The notes beneath the pieces were generated by a model. That model worked only from the letters and a program-made list of their open reading frames with translations. It searched no databases and was not told the DNA's origin. A stretch of 64,000 bases of DNA from the human T2T-CHM13v2.0 reference genome, Homo sapiens, in the NCBI RefSeq assembly GCF_009914755.1, contig NC_060925.1; one strand, 5' to 3'. A program made the translations under genes and the position numbers. This document shows, one piece after another, positions 30,415 to 47,118 of this stretch; positions within the stretch are counted from its first letter, which is position 1, and each line of letters starts with the position of its first letter.

Positions 30415-31345
30415 TTTATTTTATTTTAGATTCAAGGGGTCCATGTGAATGTTTGTTAAATGGGTATATTGCATACTGGTGGGGATTGGGCTTCTAGTTC
30501 ACCCATTACCCAAATAATGAATATTGTACCTAATAGGTAGTTTTTCAACACTCACATCCTCTCCCCTTTGGGAAACCTCAGTGTCTATTATTTCCATCTT
30601 TATGCCCATGTGTACCAATTGTTTAGCTTCCCCTTGTAGGTGAGAATATGCGGTATTTTATTTTCTGTTTCTGAGTTAATTCACTTAGAATAATGGTCTA
30701 CACCTCCATCCATGTTGCTTCAAAGGACATGATTTCATTATTTTTTATGGTGGTGTAGTATTACATGATGTGTATATATATCACATTTTCTTTATCCAAT
30801 CAATTATTGATGGACCCATAGGTTAGACTTAGGTTGGTTCCATGACTTTGCTATTGTCAAGGTATTGTCCTATAATGATTTGTTTTCCTTTGGGTCGGTG
30901 TCCAGTTATGAATATTTCTGGGTCAAATGGTAGTTCTGTTTTCAGTTCTTTGAGATATCTTCATACTGTTTTCCATAGAGCTTGAACTAATTTAAATTCC
31001 CACCAATAGTGTATAAGCGTTCTCTCTTTGCTCTGCATCCAAGTCAACCTCTGTTTTTTTCTTTTTTCAACTTTTTAATAACAGCCATTCTGACTGATAT
31101 AAGATGATATCTCATTGTGGTTTTAATGAGCATTTCTTTAATGATTAGTGATTCTGAGCATTTTTTCATGTGTTTGTTGGCTGCTCGCATTTTTTTTTTT
31201 TGAAAAATGTCTGTTCATGTCCTTTGCCCAGTTTTTAATGGGGTTGTTTCTTTTTCTCTTCTTGAATTCTTTGAGGTCCTTGTAGATTCTTGATTTTAGT
31301 CCTTTGTCAGAGACATATTTTGCAATTCTGTTTTTTTTTTTTTCA
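30415..31345 (-). mobile_element. L1 (L1PB/old L1PA) 3' region
   Basis: Antisense L1 3' UTR and ORF2 C-terminus; minus ORF segment LKSRIYKDLKEF...[17 protein letters not shown] is L1 ORF2. Confidence 0.9.
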
Positions 31346-31459
31346 AGCATGGCGAGAAAGATTTTATTCAGGACCAGAGCAATAGTTACAGGGACCACTG
31401 AAATGTTGTCTGACAGTGGGGAAGAGAGATTCCATGCTGGTCATTTTTAACAGTTTTCT

Positions 31460-31831
31460 TTTATTATTATTGTTATTATTATTATTATTATTATTATACT
31501 TTAAGTTCTAGGGTACATGTGCACAACGTGCAGATTTGTTACATATGTATACATGTGCCATGTTGTCGTGCTGCACCCATTAACTTGTCATTTACATTAG
31601 GTATATCTCCTAATGGTATCCCTCTCCCCTCCCCCTACCCAACGACAGCTCCTGGTGTGTGATGTTCCCCTTTCTGTGTCCAAGTGTTCTCATTGTTCAG
31701 TACCCACCTATGAGTGAGAACATGCCGTGTTTGGTTTTCTGTCCTTGCGATAGTTTGCTGAGAATGATGGTTTCCAGCTTCATCTATGTCCCTACAAAGG
31801 CCATGAACTCATCCTTTTTTATGGCTGCATA
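31460..31831 (-). mobile_element. 5'-truncated L1PA 3' end
   Basis: (TTA)n tail, TACTTTAAGTTCTAGGGTACATG; imperfect TSD TTTAACAGTTTTCTTT/TTTGACAGCTTTCTTT. Confidence 0.93.
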
Positions 31832-34237
31832 TTTGACAGCTTTCTTTTGCTGAGATTGTTTCAAGTATGTTCCAACTTTGGGCGTTATGAGAAGAGTTGT
31901 TTTACAACATTTTTCTCTGATTATTTTTAAATCTAGGGTCTTTGTAGAACTGTTTCTTTCTCCACTATTTCTTCTAGTTCTCTGTAACGGTTATATGTAT
32001 ATATATATATGATACATATGTACTTATCTATCAGCTATATACATCATATAGGTGATACATACATACGCTGTGAGTGCATTATTTTCCTTGGAATATTATT
32101 GTGGAGATTCTTTCAGGATGAGGAGGAACTGCACATTTGTTTCTATTAGGTATTGTGAACTGTTTTAAACTAAATTTATAGCTTGAGTTTTTGAGATTGT
32201 AATTTATGCAACAGCAGCATTTTCCCCATGCTTTGTTCAGCACCAACGAACACTTCCTTGCTGACACATGGAAGCAGGAGTGAGGTAGTGTGGGTTTACT
32301 TTTGGTTTATGCTTATTGTGAAATTATAGCTCTTTGGAGGTCTTGTTTCATAGGGGGAAAGTCTTCTATTATCACATGCGTGTTGCTGGGGACTTGAGAT
32401 TTTTTCCTTCTTCCATATCACTCCACAGAAACTGAAAAACTGAAGCTCAAATTCACTGCTTTCATGAATTCTCCAAGGGCCAAAGGGAATTCAACATTTA
32501 GCTTTCTTTTCTGAGATCAAGACATCACTTAGATTTTGGTCTTGTAATTCCTTACCATCTTGTATGCTCTTTGTTGCTCCAACATCTTCTTTTTCTTCTA
32601 TCTTATGCAGAATTTCTAGTTGTTTTTATCAAGAATGTGGGTTTGAACAACTGAGCATATTATTTTATTGGAAAAGTGCAATTGCTTTTTACTACCGATT
32701 CCTAATTATCCAGAGGATCTAGAAAAAATGGATTTAACTCTTTGGCCAATTAAAACACAAATTTATTCCAAAAATGGATTATCTGTTCTTATAAAGCTAT
32801 AGTATATTAAAAGATATTTAATACATAAATAACAGTAAACAAAGTATCCTCTACTATGGTTTGAAAATTATTTAGAATCTTGCAATTGTCCTGGGTCTCT
32901 CTAAATGCTAATGATCACCAATGAGTTTGACAAATAGAGATGTTACAAGTGATTGGTTTAAATCTTTGCTGCACCTTAAATGTATTTTAAAATGTGCCCC
33001 TAACTCTTTATTTTACCTGACTGTATTTCAGTGCATCAGTTTAAGAGAAGACATGAGATCATGGGTTTAAGTGAGGCTTCATCATACTAAGACAACGTGA
33101 TCAGGTAAGTACTTGCCCCTCTACATGTCAGCATTCTCACCTGTAACATAGTACAAACAGGACTTTGTCTGAGTCACTTGCAACATTTTGTGGAGCATGA
33201 AATACAATAAAGACCGTGGATATGCTTTGTAAACCTTGAGTTTCTACACATATGCAAATATAAGTACTGGTAAGATATAGAATGAACTAGGGAAATAGAA
33301 TCCTATTTTTATGTTTCAATTTTATGGATTGCTGGAAAATTGAAGTGTATAGGAGTCTTCCTGTGTTGCTCACTAGAATGCCTTTGGCTGGGTTTACTGG
33401 TATTGCATGAAAACAGCTGTTAGCAAAGACAAGACTTAGGCACCCAACAAGACCTTTTATTTTCACATGACTGAGCCTCTGACTTCAATATGCGTTCCGT
33501 GTTTTTCCCAGAAGTTCTTTTGTGTTATGTACAATTACTCTGCTGAACAGATTGTATTTGTTTTTTTCTTTGTTTTTTTGTTTGTTTGTTTTGTTTTGTT
33601 TTGTTTTACTGTGAGACAGTGATGCCAATGCTTGTGTATTTAGGATGGGGGTCGCAGACTCTGTACTTCCAGGAGAAGCCCCCGGAAGGTCTTAGCTGGC
33701 TCCTGAGGGGGCACATTTGCTGTGCTCATTGCACTTTACCTGGTGTCATGAAGCATAAAGAGCACAAACTTGGACACCAAGAGTCTACATTAAAGTCCCA
33801 CTCCTTTATGTTTGTAAATATGGGATATTGGGAAGTTGCTGCACCTTTTTTTGCTCATTTTCTTCACTGAACAGCAGAAATAGAAAAATTTCTTCTTAAT
33901 AGGGCTTAAGGGAGACTCAAATACAACACTGTATATGATGTTCTTTTGCAAATTGTAAAGCAAAGTACAAAGTTTCAAATATATTCATTATACATATATA
34001 TCTAGCTTTTTATTCCATTTGGTTCAAAAAATTTATGTGCTCCAAAAAATTATGGAGGTGATACATATCTAAGTAGAGGATTTGTCAAATATAAATATCA
34101 TGATGTATTAACAAGGCTGGACAGCTTTTATTAACACATTGTCTGCAGCACAAAAAAACAATGCCTGGGCCTGAATAGGAAACATATGAAAATATTTCTT
34201 AAATCAATGAAAGATTATTTAATAATTAAGAAAAACT

Positions 34238-35025
<788 letters not shown>

Positions 35026-35040
35026 ATCTTATCAAGATAA

Positions 35041-35413
35041 CGATATGTTTGGCTACGTCTCCACCCAAATCTCATCTTGAGCTGTAGTTCCCATAATCCC
35101 CACCTGACATGGGAGGGACCTGGTGGAAGGTGATTTTATCATGGGAGCAGTTACCTCCATGCTGTTCTCCTGATAGTAAGTGAGTTTTCATGAGATCTGA
35201 TGGTTTTATAAGGGGCTTTTCCCTCCTTTTTCCCACCTCTCTTTGCTGCCGCCATGTGAAGAAGGACATATTTGCTTCCCCTTCTACCATGATTGTAAGT
35301 TTCCTGAGGCCTCCACAGCCATGCCGAACTGTGAGTCAATTAAACCTTTTTCCTTTATAAATGTCCCAGTCTTGGGTATGTCTTTATTAGCAGCTTGAGA
35401 AGAGACAAATACG
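35041..35413 (+). mobile_element. THE1 (B/C-like) MaLR solo LTR
   Basis: CACCCAAATCTCATCTTG...CCATGATTGTAAGTTTCCTGAGGCC...; 5-bp TSD GATAA. Confidence 0.9.
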
Positions 35414-37288
35414 GATAATATGATTGGTTAGACAATTTGAGAATCTTTATAATATTTTTCAAAAGAAACATAAATATTGTAATTTTTGTCAATAACTGGT
35501 GAGCAAGGAATTTAATTTCTTTGAATGTGTTTTTGTACTTGTGAAATAGGGATTATAATTCATGCATTGACTTAATGTTATTATAACACTCAAAGAATGT
35601 ATTGTGCACTAGTCCTTGCAAACCCAAGCAAAGCCCTTGGGTTACACATGTGAGTTGTCATCATTCAGTATTCCCCTTGCCATGGGAGGGGAAAGAAGCA
35701 TGTATGATCTGCACTGCGATGCACACATGGGCCCCCTGGAGATGTGGAGCAGGTGATGGATCTTCAGTCTCCATTAGAACCTTATTATTGGACATTTAGA
35801 AAAAGGCAGAAAAAGTTAGCAGCTCCAGAACTGCTGGATCGTGATTGTGCTTCTGTTTTGTATATATCTCCATTGACTTCAAGTTACTGCCCACTCGGAC
35901 CTATGATTCCAATCCCCCTCCCCATTCACCTACAGAATAATGAGACTGTGATTTAAACTAGAAAGCCAGTAGCTTTTCTTCTTTATTTTCTTTGAGTGAT
36001 AGCCACAAAGGGGAGAGTTTAAGAAATAAGTCGTTGCTTGCATAAAGACTGCAGAGAAAAACCTTCATTTGTTTATTTTTTTCCTTTCTTCTATTTTCTA
36101 TTCTAAAGCTGCATGTGGTCTCCTCCTAAAAGGAGTTTACTGGTAGCATATTAAACATGTCTAAGACACTTCTGAATACTTGAATATAAATTATTTACAT
36201 AACTTGTTAATTTATTTGCTTATGTAAAAGATATGGTGGGTCAATTGGGTAAATAGCTAGCACACTGCAGACTACCTTGGCCTTTTTTTCTACCTGAATG
36301 CCTTGTGGCAATGAAAGAGTTGTGAAAAGGAGCAAAGAAGAAAAAGCAATTTATAGTCAAATTTTGAGAATTTTTAAAAGAGGAGGAAGAGGAAAACAAT
36401 TTGACAGAGAAAGGAGGAAGGGAGGAAAGTAAGAAGAAAATAAAGGATCATATGTTAAAATCAGAAAGAAATATACAAAAACCTAAAGATGACATTGGAA
36501 TCAATGAAAGCAAATATACTAGGGTCAGATTTTTGCCTCTCATCTCTAATCTAACACAGTCTATGTCAAATAGTTACAGCATCATAACTTCTGTCCCCTT
36601 TATTCAGAATTAGCAAAGTCTGAACTGACTTACCTGAACAGGAAGAACTAGTTGAGTAATTTCTTTTAGTAGCATGGTAGTGGAAAATTTTAGAATCATA
36701 TAAACTTAGGTTGAAAATTCTGCTCCTTTACTCTCCCGCCCTGTGACTTCAGGTAAGCTTGTTGATCTTTCCAACTTCAGTTTCTTCTTCTGTAAAATAG
36801 AGATAGTAGGACCTGCCTTATATATTAAATATACATATAAACCATAGAGATGCCTCTGAAATTAGCATAAGCTCCTTTGGAAATTGAAAATGGCAATATT
36901 TGGGATAACTTTCACTGTTTATGTGTTTGCTGAAGGTAAAAATATCAGTTAAAAATATCTTTCACTGAAACAAGAGGAAATTTACCCTTAAATAGGAATA
37001 CTTTACGCATCGAGCAGAGATAAAGAGAATTTACATGTGTCTCTAGGTTCCTTGGCTTCCAGTAGTATCTTTATTTGTGCAAGTTTTGTGTTTTGTAAAA
37101 GCTAGAAGGTCAATAATCAAAATGGCATTTGATTGCTTATTCATTATTTGGTGGTGCAAACATGTAGAACATTTTCTGTTTCTATTTCTGGCAAACGGAA
37201 GGGATGGTAAAACTAGACGCAATATTGGACGAACATTAGCGGCCCAGGACTGGCCTCAGTCATTGAAACTTTCATTAAGAACTCTGGG

Positions 37289-37716
37289 CATGATGGATAA
37301 TTTTTGTGTCAAATTCACTTAGACATGAGGTGCCCAGACTAAACATGGGTCCTGGTTATGCCTGTGAGGCTGTTTCTGTATGAGATTAGCGTCTGAATCA
37401 GCAGACTGAGTAAAGCAGGTGGCCCTCCACCGTGTGAGTGGGCATTATCCGATTCACTGAGACCCGAATAGAACAGAAAGCACAGGAAGGGTGACTTCAC
37501 CCTCTGCCTAACTGCTTGAGCTGACACATCAGCCCCCTGTGCTGTTCTTGACTGGGTCTTATACCATCGACACTTTGGTTCTCTCAACTACATCACTGCC
37601 TCTCCTGGGTCTCCAGCTGCAGATGGCAGATCGTGAGACTTTCAGCCCCCATAATCACATGAGCCAATTTCTTATAATAAACTCCCTCTCTCTCCTTCTT
37701 TCCCTCTCTCTCTGTC

Positions 37717-37749
<33 letters not shown>

Positions 37750-37856
37750 GTATTAAATATATACGTGTATATATATATACACACACACACACACATGCGC
37801 GCACACGCACACACATACTCTTGATTCTGTTTCTATAAAGAACCCTGATTAATACA
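37289..37856 (+). mobile_element. MLT2B-like ERVL LTR containing (TC)(TA)(CA) microsatellite
   Basis: TGATGGATAATTTTTGTGTCAA...GAACCCTGATTAATACA. Confidence 0.8.
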
Positions 37857-38146
37857 AAGGGCAATTTCAAGGATTTGATTATATATATAAAATATTAAAT
37901 CACTTATACATATAACATCGTGTGTGTGTGTGTGTGTGTGTCTCCTTTTACTGAGTTACCTCCTGATTTTTATGACTTTAGGATGAGAACCAGGGCTATT
38001 TTTCTAATAACACAGATACCTTTCCTGAGAAAAATCATCCTAGCCATCCACAATGGCAAAGATCACATATGTGTATGCATGTTCATGTGGTCACATATGT
38101 GTGCATGCATGTATACATGTCTGCATGACCACATGTGTGTATGCAT

Positions 38147-38702
38147 GTGTATTAGGGTTCTCTAGAGGGACAGAACTGATAGAATAGATGTACATATAAA
38201 AGGGGGTTTATTAAAGAGAATCAACTCACATGATTACAAGATAAATTCCCATGATAGGCCATTTGCACGTTGAGGAGCAAGGAAGCCAGTGGTGCATCAG
38301 TCCGAGTCCCAAAACCTCGAAAGTTGGGAAGTAAACAATGCAGTCTTCAGTCTGTGGCCAAAGGCCCGAGAGCCCCTGAAAAATCACTGGTGTAAGTCCA
38401 AGAGTCTAAAAGCTGAAGAACTTGGAGTCTGATGTTCGAGACCAGGATGCTTCCAGCACAGGAGAAAGATGAAAGCCAGAAGACTCAGCAAGTCTGTTCT
38501 TCCATCTTCTTCTGCCTGCTTTATTCTAGCTGTGCTGACAGCTGATTAGATGGTGCCCACCCAGATAGAAGGAGGGTCTGCCTCTCCCAATCCACTGACT
38601 TAAATGTTAATCTCCTTTGGCAACACCCTCACAGACATGCCCAGGAACAATACTTTGCATCCTTCAATCCAATCAGGTTGACACTCAACATCAACTATCA
38701 CA
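38147..38702 (-). mobile_element. MLT2A (HERVL) LTR
   Basis: TATTAGGGTTCTCTAGAGGGACAGAAC...CAATCCAATCAGGTTGACACTCAAC...ATCACA. Confidence 0.88.
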
Positions 38703-40339
38703 GCATATATGTATATATGTTTGTTTAAAAACACAGCAAGATATCGGAATAAGCTTTGTACACTAGGACTATTTGCAAAGTTATTGTGTGAATATAAACA
38801 GCTAATATATATCTTAAAATTTTCTGTAGAGGTAGTTGTATACACAGGCTGTAAAAGTCAGCATTTTTCCTCATATTATTCCAGAACACATAAAAAAGCA
38901 ACAAGGAAAATGGAGAAAAAAAGAACCAAATATATCCTTAGTGAAACTAGAAAAAGTTAGAATCCAAAGATTTCAAAACGTATGTAGAGATGACCAAATC
39001 TAGTTGGAATCAGGCACAAGCCACATGGGAGTAAATGAAGTATGGAGGTAGTGAGGCCAATGGCTGATAATCTCAGAAAACACCAACAAAATGTACTCCC
39101 TGAAAATTTGGGAGTTCACTTCCATGTTCAAAACTTATACCCCTTTTTTTTAACCACAGGAGTGGGAACCAGGGTACACAGTCTACCAGAAAAAGTCCCC
39201 TCCTGGACCCAGTTTTGTTCAAGGGAGGAACAAGGGAGATTCAACCACACAGAGAATCACCAGAGGAGCCATACTTGCAGGAAGCAGTCTGTCTCTGTGA
39301 TAGCCCAGTAGGAAAGAGCCATTCTGGTGTGAGGCCCAGAAGGTTGTCTTAATTCTCTCTCTGAACCTCTGTAGTTATCTAGGAAAACCCAAGCCATTTA
39401 GTAGTATATTACAAAAAATAAAAGGAAATAGATACCCATTTATACAAAAATTATCTAAGCAAACATCTGAAAAGCAAAACTCAAGTATTACAGAGAAAAT
39501 GAGAACTATGGAAGACCGACAAATGGATTGAACACATACATTACTGGAACATCCAAAGAAGAAACCAAAAGAGACAGAACAAATACTTCAAAATTATAAT
39601 TCAAGAACACTTCCGTGCAATGCATGAAGACTTGAATCTACCTTTCAAAAGGGCACATCAGAAGCAAGGTATATCCATTCATGACAGGCAAAAAGTGAAC
39701 CACATCTTAATGAAGGTATTGGACTTAAAAAAAATAAGGTATCTATTGGGCAGCCAGAAAAAAAGAATAAGTCACTCACAGGAGAAATGAAGAAGGCTGT
39801 CCTGGCTCCCCTAGCTGTACTGAAGCTGGATGGTCATGAGGGAAGACCAACAAGATTCTCAATGCCAACCAAGGATTTTTATGTGCAGCCAAGCTAGTCT
39901 TACTATGCAGACATGATATATTACAATTTGTTGCAGTTTTTATCAAGCAGGAATTCAGGAAAAATATTTTCATTAATGTTTTTGAGAGAACAAAAACATG
40001 GGTATGTGGAGAAAAAGGGCAATACATTTGGTTACAGAAGGAAGGAAAACAATAACAACCAATTAAAGGAAGATGCTTTGGTAAAATACAGCAAAAAAAA
40101 AAAAAGTTGTAAGTATTGAATGTATTTTACTGTAGACTGAAACCAAATGTGGATTAGGGTTACAGAATAGGCTGGAAATGTCGTATGCCCCAATAACATA
40201 GAAATAATAAACTTTACCTTGTCAAAGGTGAAGAAAGATAGTGAAGGTAAGGAAGCCTCATTAATTACCTCACTTGTTATGACTACAGTGCGAAGGATAA
40301 ATTTTAAAGGTGGCAAATACAGCAAAATAAAAGCCTACT

Positions 40340-41470
40340 TAGCAGTGCAATGGTAGAGTAAGGAGGATAACATTTACTATCCTCCTTACTTACAAAGGGC
40401 ACCTGCCACTGTATGGTGGTGGGCTGGTATCAACTCAGTCATACCCCTACCTGGAACCTAGGTTGTAATGTTAGTTCCACCAGTACTCTTCAGATCAGGC
40501 AGCATGATAAAGGGAAGGAAGGCATTAATCAGCACAAGTAAACAATAGCTGATATAGGTTCTGCCTCTGCTGTTGGTCTATGTTCTATGTTGATAGTCAG
40601 CTCCTCTTTTTCATTTTTTCAAATCACCTATCAATGCTCCCTTTACCTTCTACCAACACCTTTCCCTATCAGAAATTTTAAACTAGTAGTATGACCAAAA
40701 TTTTCATTCCAATAGACTGCAAATCCTTTACAGCTACAGTTTCCCACTAACCATTATCTTTGGACACTAGTGAATTAAGGAGCCCCAGTAAATTGCCCAT
40801 GTTCTAGATGTAATCTTCTTTGCTCCCATTGTATACAAACACTCCAACATCCTTTCGGCACTGTAAAATGCCAGTTCAAAATAGGAATTCTCTATCTCGT
40901 AACATGAAAAGCCCAACATGATTATAGAACAGTCTCAGGTTCTCATTGAACGAAACCAGGACTATGTTTCTTGATGCAAAATTCTTCCCTTGGCCCTAGG
41001 ACTTCACAACACACTGAGTATAAGGAATTAAGAATGAAAAATACAGATCCCATCAGTGTAAGACTGAGGGAGGTCATACCCAATTTCACCCTTTTGTTTT
41101 CTGACCGTGTGTTCTAGTATTCTGGCTTTGTGGAAAAGGTGGAGTGAACTTACAATTCAGTTATCTAAGTCAGGTCACTTTTGACGGTGAAAGGGGTTGT
41201 TGTTAATAATTATGTTAGAAATTATTATTATTATGTCCTGGGAAAACTGGAGCACATGGTCACACAAGAGACAGAGTCATACATTGGTCATTGCTCCACA
41301 GTCATTCTGCATGCTGGAGAGGAGTGCTCCAGGCCTGCAGCACGCCATCTCTCAGCTCGCACTGTGTGAGAACCTCCAGGAAGCCACCTCCCCTTCTGTA
41401 AAGCCACTGGGTATCTGCAAGACAGGCTACCAGCAGCAAAGGTGGGCAAAGAGGGCACTGGTCAATGCCC
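40340..41470 (-). mobile_element. Degenerate ERVL/MaLR internal sequence
   Basis: Segments such as CCAGTAAATTGCCCATG and TCTTTGCTCCCATTGTAT resemble MLT/ERVL internal regions; heavily decayed. Confidence 0.4.
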
Positions 41471-41480
41471 GAACTGTGGG

Positions 41481-41818
41481 ATGTCTTAATCTGTTTGTTC
41501 TGCATTAACAGAACATGGACATGGAGGCTATGTAGTCTATTGAGAAAAACATATTTCTCACAGTTGTGGGTCCAAGATCAAGGTGCCAGCAGATCTGGGG
41601 GCTGGAGAGGGTTGCTTTCTGCTTCCAAGATGGCGACTCTTGCTGTGTCCTCACATTGCAGAAGGAATATAAAAGCAAACAGGATCTAGCTAGTCCCCTA
41701 GAGTGCTGTTATAAGGGTATATAATCACCTCCTCAAGGCCTCACATCTTAATCCTGTCACACTGAGGATGAAGTTTCAACATGAATTTTGGAGGGACACA
41801 AATATTGAAACCATAGCA
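41481..41818 (-). mobile_element. MST-like MaLR LTR
   Basis: TGTCTTAATCTGTTTG...TCCAAGATCAAGGTGCCAGCAG...GGAGGGACACAAATATTGAAACCATAGCA. Confidence 0.8.
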
Positions 41819-43221
41819 GGAGGCAGGGAGTGTTTTCGTGGAGAGAATACTGTTGCCATCACTGCAGTTCCCACTGCAGAAAAGGAGTGGGAGAAAATTA
41901 CCCCCAACTCTCTGTCTTCTGAGCATCCCATCACCTTACATTGATCTCCGTCAGCCAAATCCACATGGAAGTTCAAGCCCAGGAAAGCCAGAGTCATGCT
42001 ATTTATAGAGATATTGGCAGTTTTGGGGTGCATAAAGAGGGGTAGAGAATAAAGAGGGGTTGAAAGACAAGTGAAGATAAGCCATCACTGATATCTGTCA
42101 GATACTGTGCAGCAGGGGTTTGGGGGGAACTGGCTGGTTTTGGTCAATGCTGTCTGTGAACACAGCCTTGGGAATGGAGAGACAGGGCTTGCTGGCTGGA
42201 TTACAAGTGGGGAGCATCAGGGCAGGTTATTTGCTCCATGTGTAGCTGGCAGACTACCATGTGGTTTTAGAATTTGGAAACTTTAGTAACTGCAAAAACT
42301 GCGACACAAAATTCGAAAACTATCCTCCATCATATTTTAAAATTAAAGAACACTATCATTTTAAACGTGTTCTAGGAACACATCTCCTTCCTCATGGTAC
42401 TGGCCTTTTCTATAAATATCTCAAGCTCCGTTAAGCTTTTCTTAATAAAAGTATGGATGCACAAAAGAGGAATATTTTCTGCTTGTTCCAATATCTCTTG
42501 AGGTTATTAACATGTTTGACTTCTTAGTCATGATAAAATGGCTTTCAGTTATGACCCCTCCTCTCCTTTTTTTTTTTTTGAACTTTCCCAAGACCACCAT
42601 CCAAACTCAAGCCTTCATTGCAACTGATCAAATCCAGTGCAAAAGCTTTATGGTCTTATACGTAGCATCTGCCTTCAATCTGCTTGCTTCAGTGCCTCTT
42701 CCACATTGCTACCCAAGTATCTTCCTAAAACATCACATTAAGTTGGGTGATTTTTCTGCTCAAAAAGCGATCATGGATCCTCTTTGCATATATAATAGAA
42801 CACAGTTCTTAGCCTAGCATTAAACATGTTCCGTAATCTGAGCCTAGTATGTTTTTTCTGGCTCTACTTCATTCTTAAGCTATCTATGCAATACAGATAC
42901 GAATTTGAACATGCCCAACCTCTCTTGCCTCAGTTATTTCATTTGTCCAATTCCTTTCATCTAGCATGCAGTCACCAGGATTTGCCTGTGCTGTAAACCC
43001 CACTGTAGCTCAAGGCTCCATTCAGATTCACCCTCCTCCATCAAGCCTACTCTTGACGGTTACATTTAATCCTTCCTGATAGATTAAGTCCTTATCTTCA
43101 TGGTGGACCTTCTGTTCTGGGTGCTGTTATTCACCTTGTGGTTTCTGGGCTGTCTTGGCCAAGTCTTCCCCCATAATGTTAGCCATCTCCCAGACTTAAA
43201 GTTTACAAAGCGTACATTGTC

Positions 43222-43553
<332 letters not shown>

Positions 43554-44059
43554 AAAGCATACATTTTCTCATTTATCTTTACTTGTGATGTGCTACAGTC
43601 ATAGATATTAACATGTTTCCAATTTAGCAAGACTAGGAAACTGAAGCCCGTAGATTTTAGTCACAAACTAAGTAGTATACACCTCGGAAAGGAATTAATT
43701 CCCAGATACAAGGATGTATCCTGCACCACCACTGTCTCTGTTCTACAGCTGCCAAAGTGTAGAAGTAAAGTGGGTGCACATGCTTCATTCTTCAGCAGTC
43801 CACCAAGGATCCCCTGAATCCTTCTGCTCACATAGGTGATGGTAGTCAAGAGACCTGAAATGGGTCCGTCTGGAGAAGCAACTGATGAATTTAACTTTCT
43901 ACATAGTTAGAAAACAAAAATCAACTCACTTGACAAGTACCTGGAAGAATTTGTATATGATTTAGCATCTTTGTGCTTTATGCACAAAATGAATACTACA
44001 GAAAAGCATTTATAAATGATAAATCTATCAATCCAAATAAAATACCATCTACTTTGTGA

Positions 44060-44379
<320 letters not shown>

Positions 44380-46769
44380 TTTTTGATGTATTTCATAAAT
44401 AACTAGAGTGGCATTACTTTAATCAGTTAAAAGCTTGTTATATGCAAAAATTTTAAAAGTTTGCTGCATGTAAAGGGCAGGCTTTCTAAGTTTGTGACCG
44501 ATCACAAGGATCCAAACTATTTTATATTTGTTTCAGATAACTGTAAATACATAGAAATTCATGTTAAAATAAGTAACACACCATATTTTTGCATGTTTTA
44601 TTTATTAAGCTTGTTATTATACGTTTTCATATATTTTTTCTTCTGTTTTGATCAAAATGATGGGAAAATAAGCTTGCATATTATAAGGAACACATTTCCC
44701 CCAATAGTAAGTGGCTTTTGTCTTTTGCTCTTTGATAAGATCTTTCAGAGAGACTTTTAATTTTCATCATTAAGTTTAATTAAATTTTGTAAAGTGGCTG
44801 GTTCAATAACACATGGCTTTGAGCATGAGTAATCAAATCGTACGTGTTTCCTGAATACTATCATCAACTTCAAATCTTGAGTTAGAATATGCACTTAGAG
44901 TGAGTTGACATTGATGACAATGGATATAACCTATGTTTCAAAATGCTTTCCTGATGATAATGTAGAATTTTTGGCTGACTCCTTGCCATTGTTTTCAACT
45001 TTGCTACGTGGTTGACAAGAGTATATACAACTAATTGAAGAAATGTAGCTCTGATATTTTATTGTTCTTGAATTATCATATTATCTAAATTTGGTATTTC
45101 TTTGTAGGAAATTTTTTAACCCACTTAACCTTTTGTGAAGTTAGTTTAGTCAAAAGTAGACAATTTAATCCTTGAATTCACTTGCCATGGTTAAGATGAC
45201 TGTGCCATTTAACAATAGCTGCAAGAGATCCTGTGAGTGGGGCTGTGGGAACTCCTCTGCCCTCTGCAGGGCCCACATTTCTCAGGAAACCAGTGACTTC
45301 ACTTGCTATGCAAATCTCTGACATGCAGCCTGAGTGGGGAGTCCAGAATCAGTCTACATGTTCAATATTAGTAACACTTAGATATGTGCCTACTTTTTAA
45401 GATAATAGAAATAGATACAGAAATTCTCACAATTTATTTCCAGAACCAAATTGACTATTTTTTAAAGCCAATTTTGAATACTTTTCATCTTGTAGATCAG
45501 ATAAGTCCATATTGCTTCTTGGTCCATACTGAGGGCTTGATTCTCTTGGATTCCTGAGGAAAATAGGCTCCCTGGCCCAGTAACTGCTGTGACCTCAAAC
45601 TCTTTCCATCATTGGAGTGTGGTCAACATCAGCAGTTGATGAAACTGAAAGTCAACATTTCACTTTAGCTTGTCCTGGAACTAAACTGAGAAGACGTCTT
45701 TGGAACTGGTCACACAGGGAGAAGTATCCCGGTGTGAGGTCAGATGCATGCACATTTCTCAGTGCATGTGACTACACACTGTGAACTCTGCGACTGATGC
45801 TTTCTCCATAGTGAGGAAAAAGACCTTGTTGAAAAATGCCAGAGTACTATCTTGGAACCCCAGAGTATTCGCATGACTCAAATATCAAGGGCTGTTTTTT
45901 TTTTCTCCCCAAAATGGCTTAGAAAACAAAATGTATGGATCTGATTGTCTCTTATACAAAGGCATGTTAGAGTTTGTAACCTGTGTAAATGCTGTAATTA
46001 AACCCTTGTTTTTACATGGATTCATTATGTTAAATTCTTCAGTAATTACTGACATTTTCTTTAATGTGTACATGTGGCGAACATAAGAATATGATTAGCT
46101 CGAGTTAAAAGTGTAAGCAGTAATGAGCATATTATGGGTCTCCCTTTGTCTTTGGTCACTCTAAGCTTCTTGACAATAAAGCTTGACTTTTTATAGATTT
46201 GCTGCACTATGCAATTTTCTGTAAGCAAATAAATGCATGTAAAGTAAAAATGACAACATTCATATACATATGTTGAATGGTACAGCTTCTCTTTACATTA
46301 GCTCCCCGAGTTACAACCTCTCCCCTTGTGTAGGTACAAGTCAGTGATTAAAGTGCAGAACAACTTCCCCAATACAGGAATCCAGCTTCTGAAAATATCT
46401 GTGCTGGAAAACTTGCAATGGAGGAATGGAAGACTTGAGAAAGGGAGGGCTGGGAAACAAGAGCTGTGACTCACCCTGAAGACATTCGTAAATATCTATT
46501 TTAATATCTATTACAATACAGCAATAAAGGCAAACTAAAAAAGGCTATACAAGGCATTTTGCACATCTTCATTTACTGGGTTCTCTGAAGCCCATTTCCT
46601 GTTAATATCTTTTGCTGGAAGAATCTTCTCAGGATCTCCCCTTCTGTCTGTTCCAACCAGACTCCCGTACATTCATTTTCGTTCCTCGTGGGTAATACAC
46701 CCACTGAGAGACATGTTCCTTTGCTTTTTTTTTCTTCTTAGGGGGTTTCTCCACAAGATTCCTGGTTGA

Positions 46770-47118
<349 letters not shown>

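Noticed and set aside
37289-38702. Adjacent MLT2 LTRs as a HERVL provirus
   Set aside because: Opposite orientation, different subfamilies, only ~290 bp apart.
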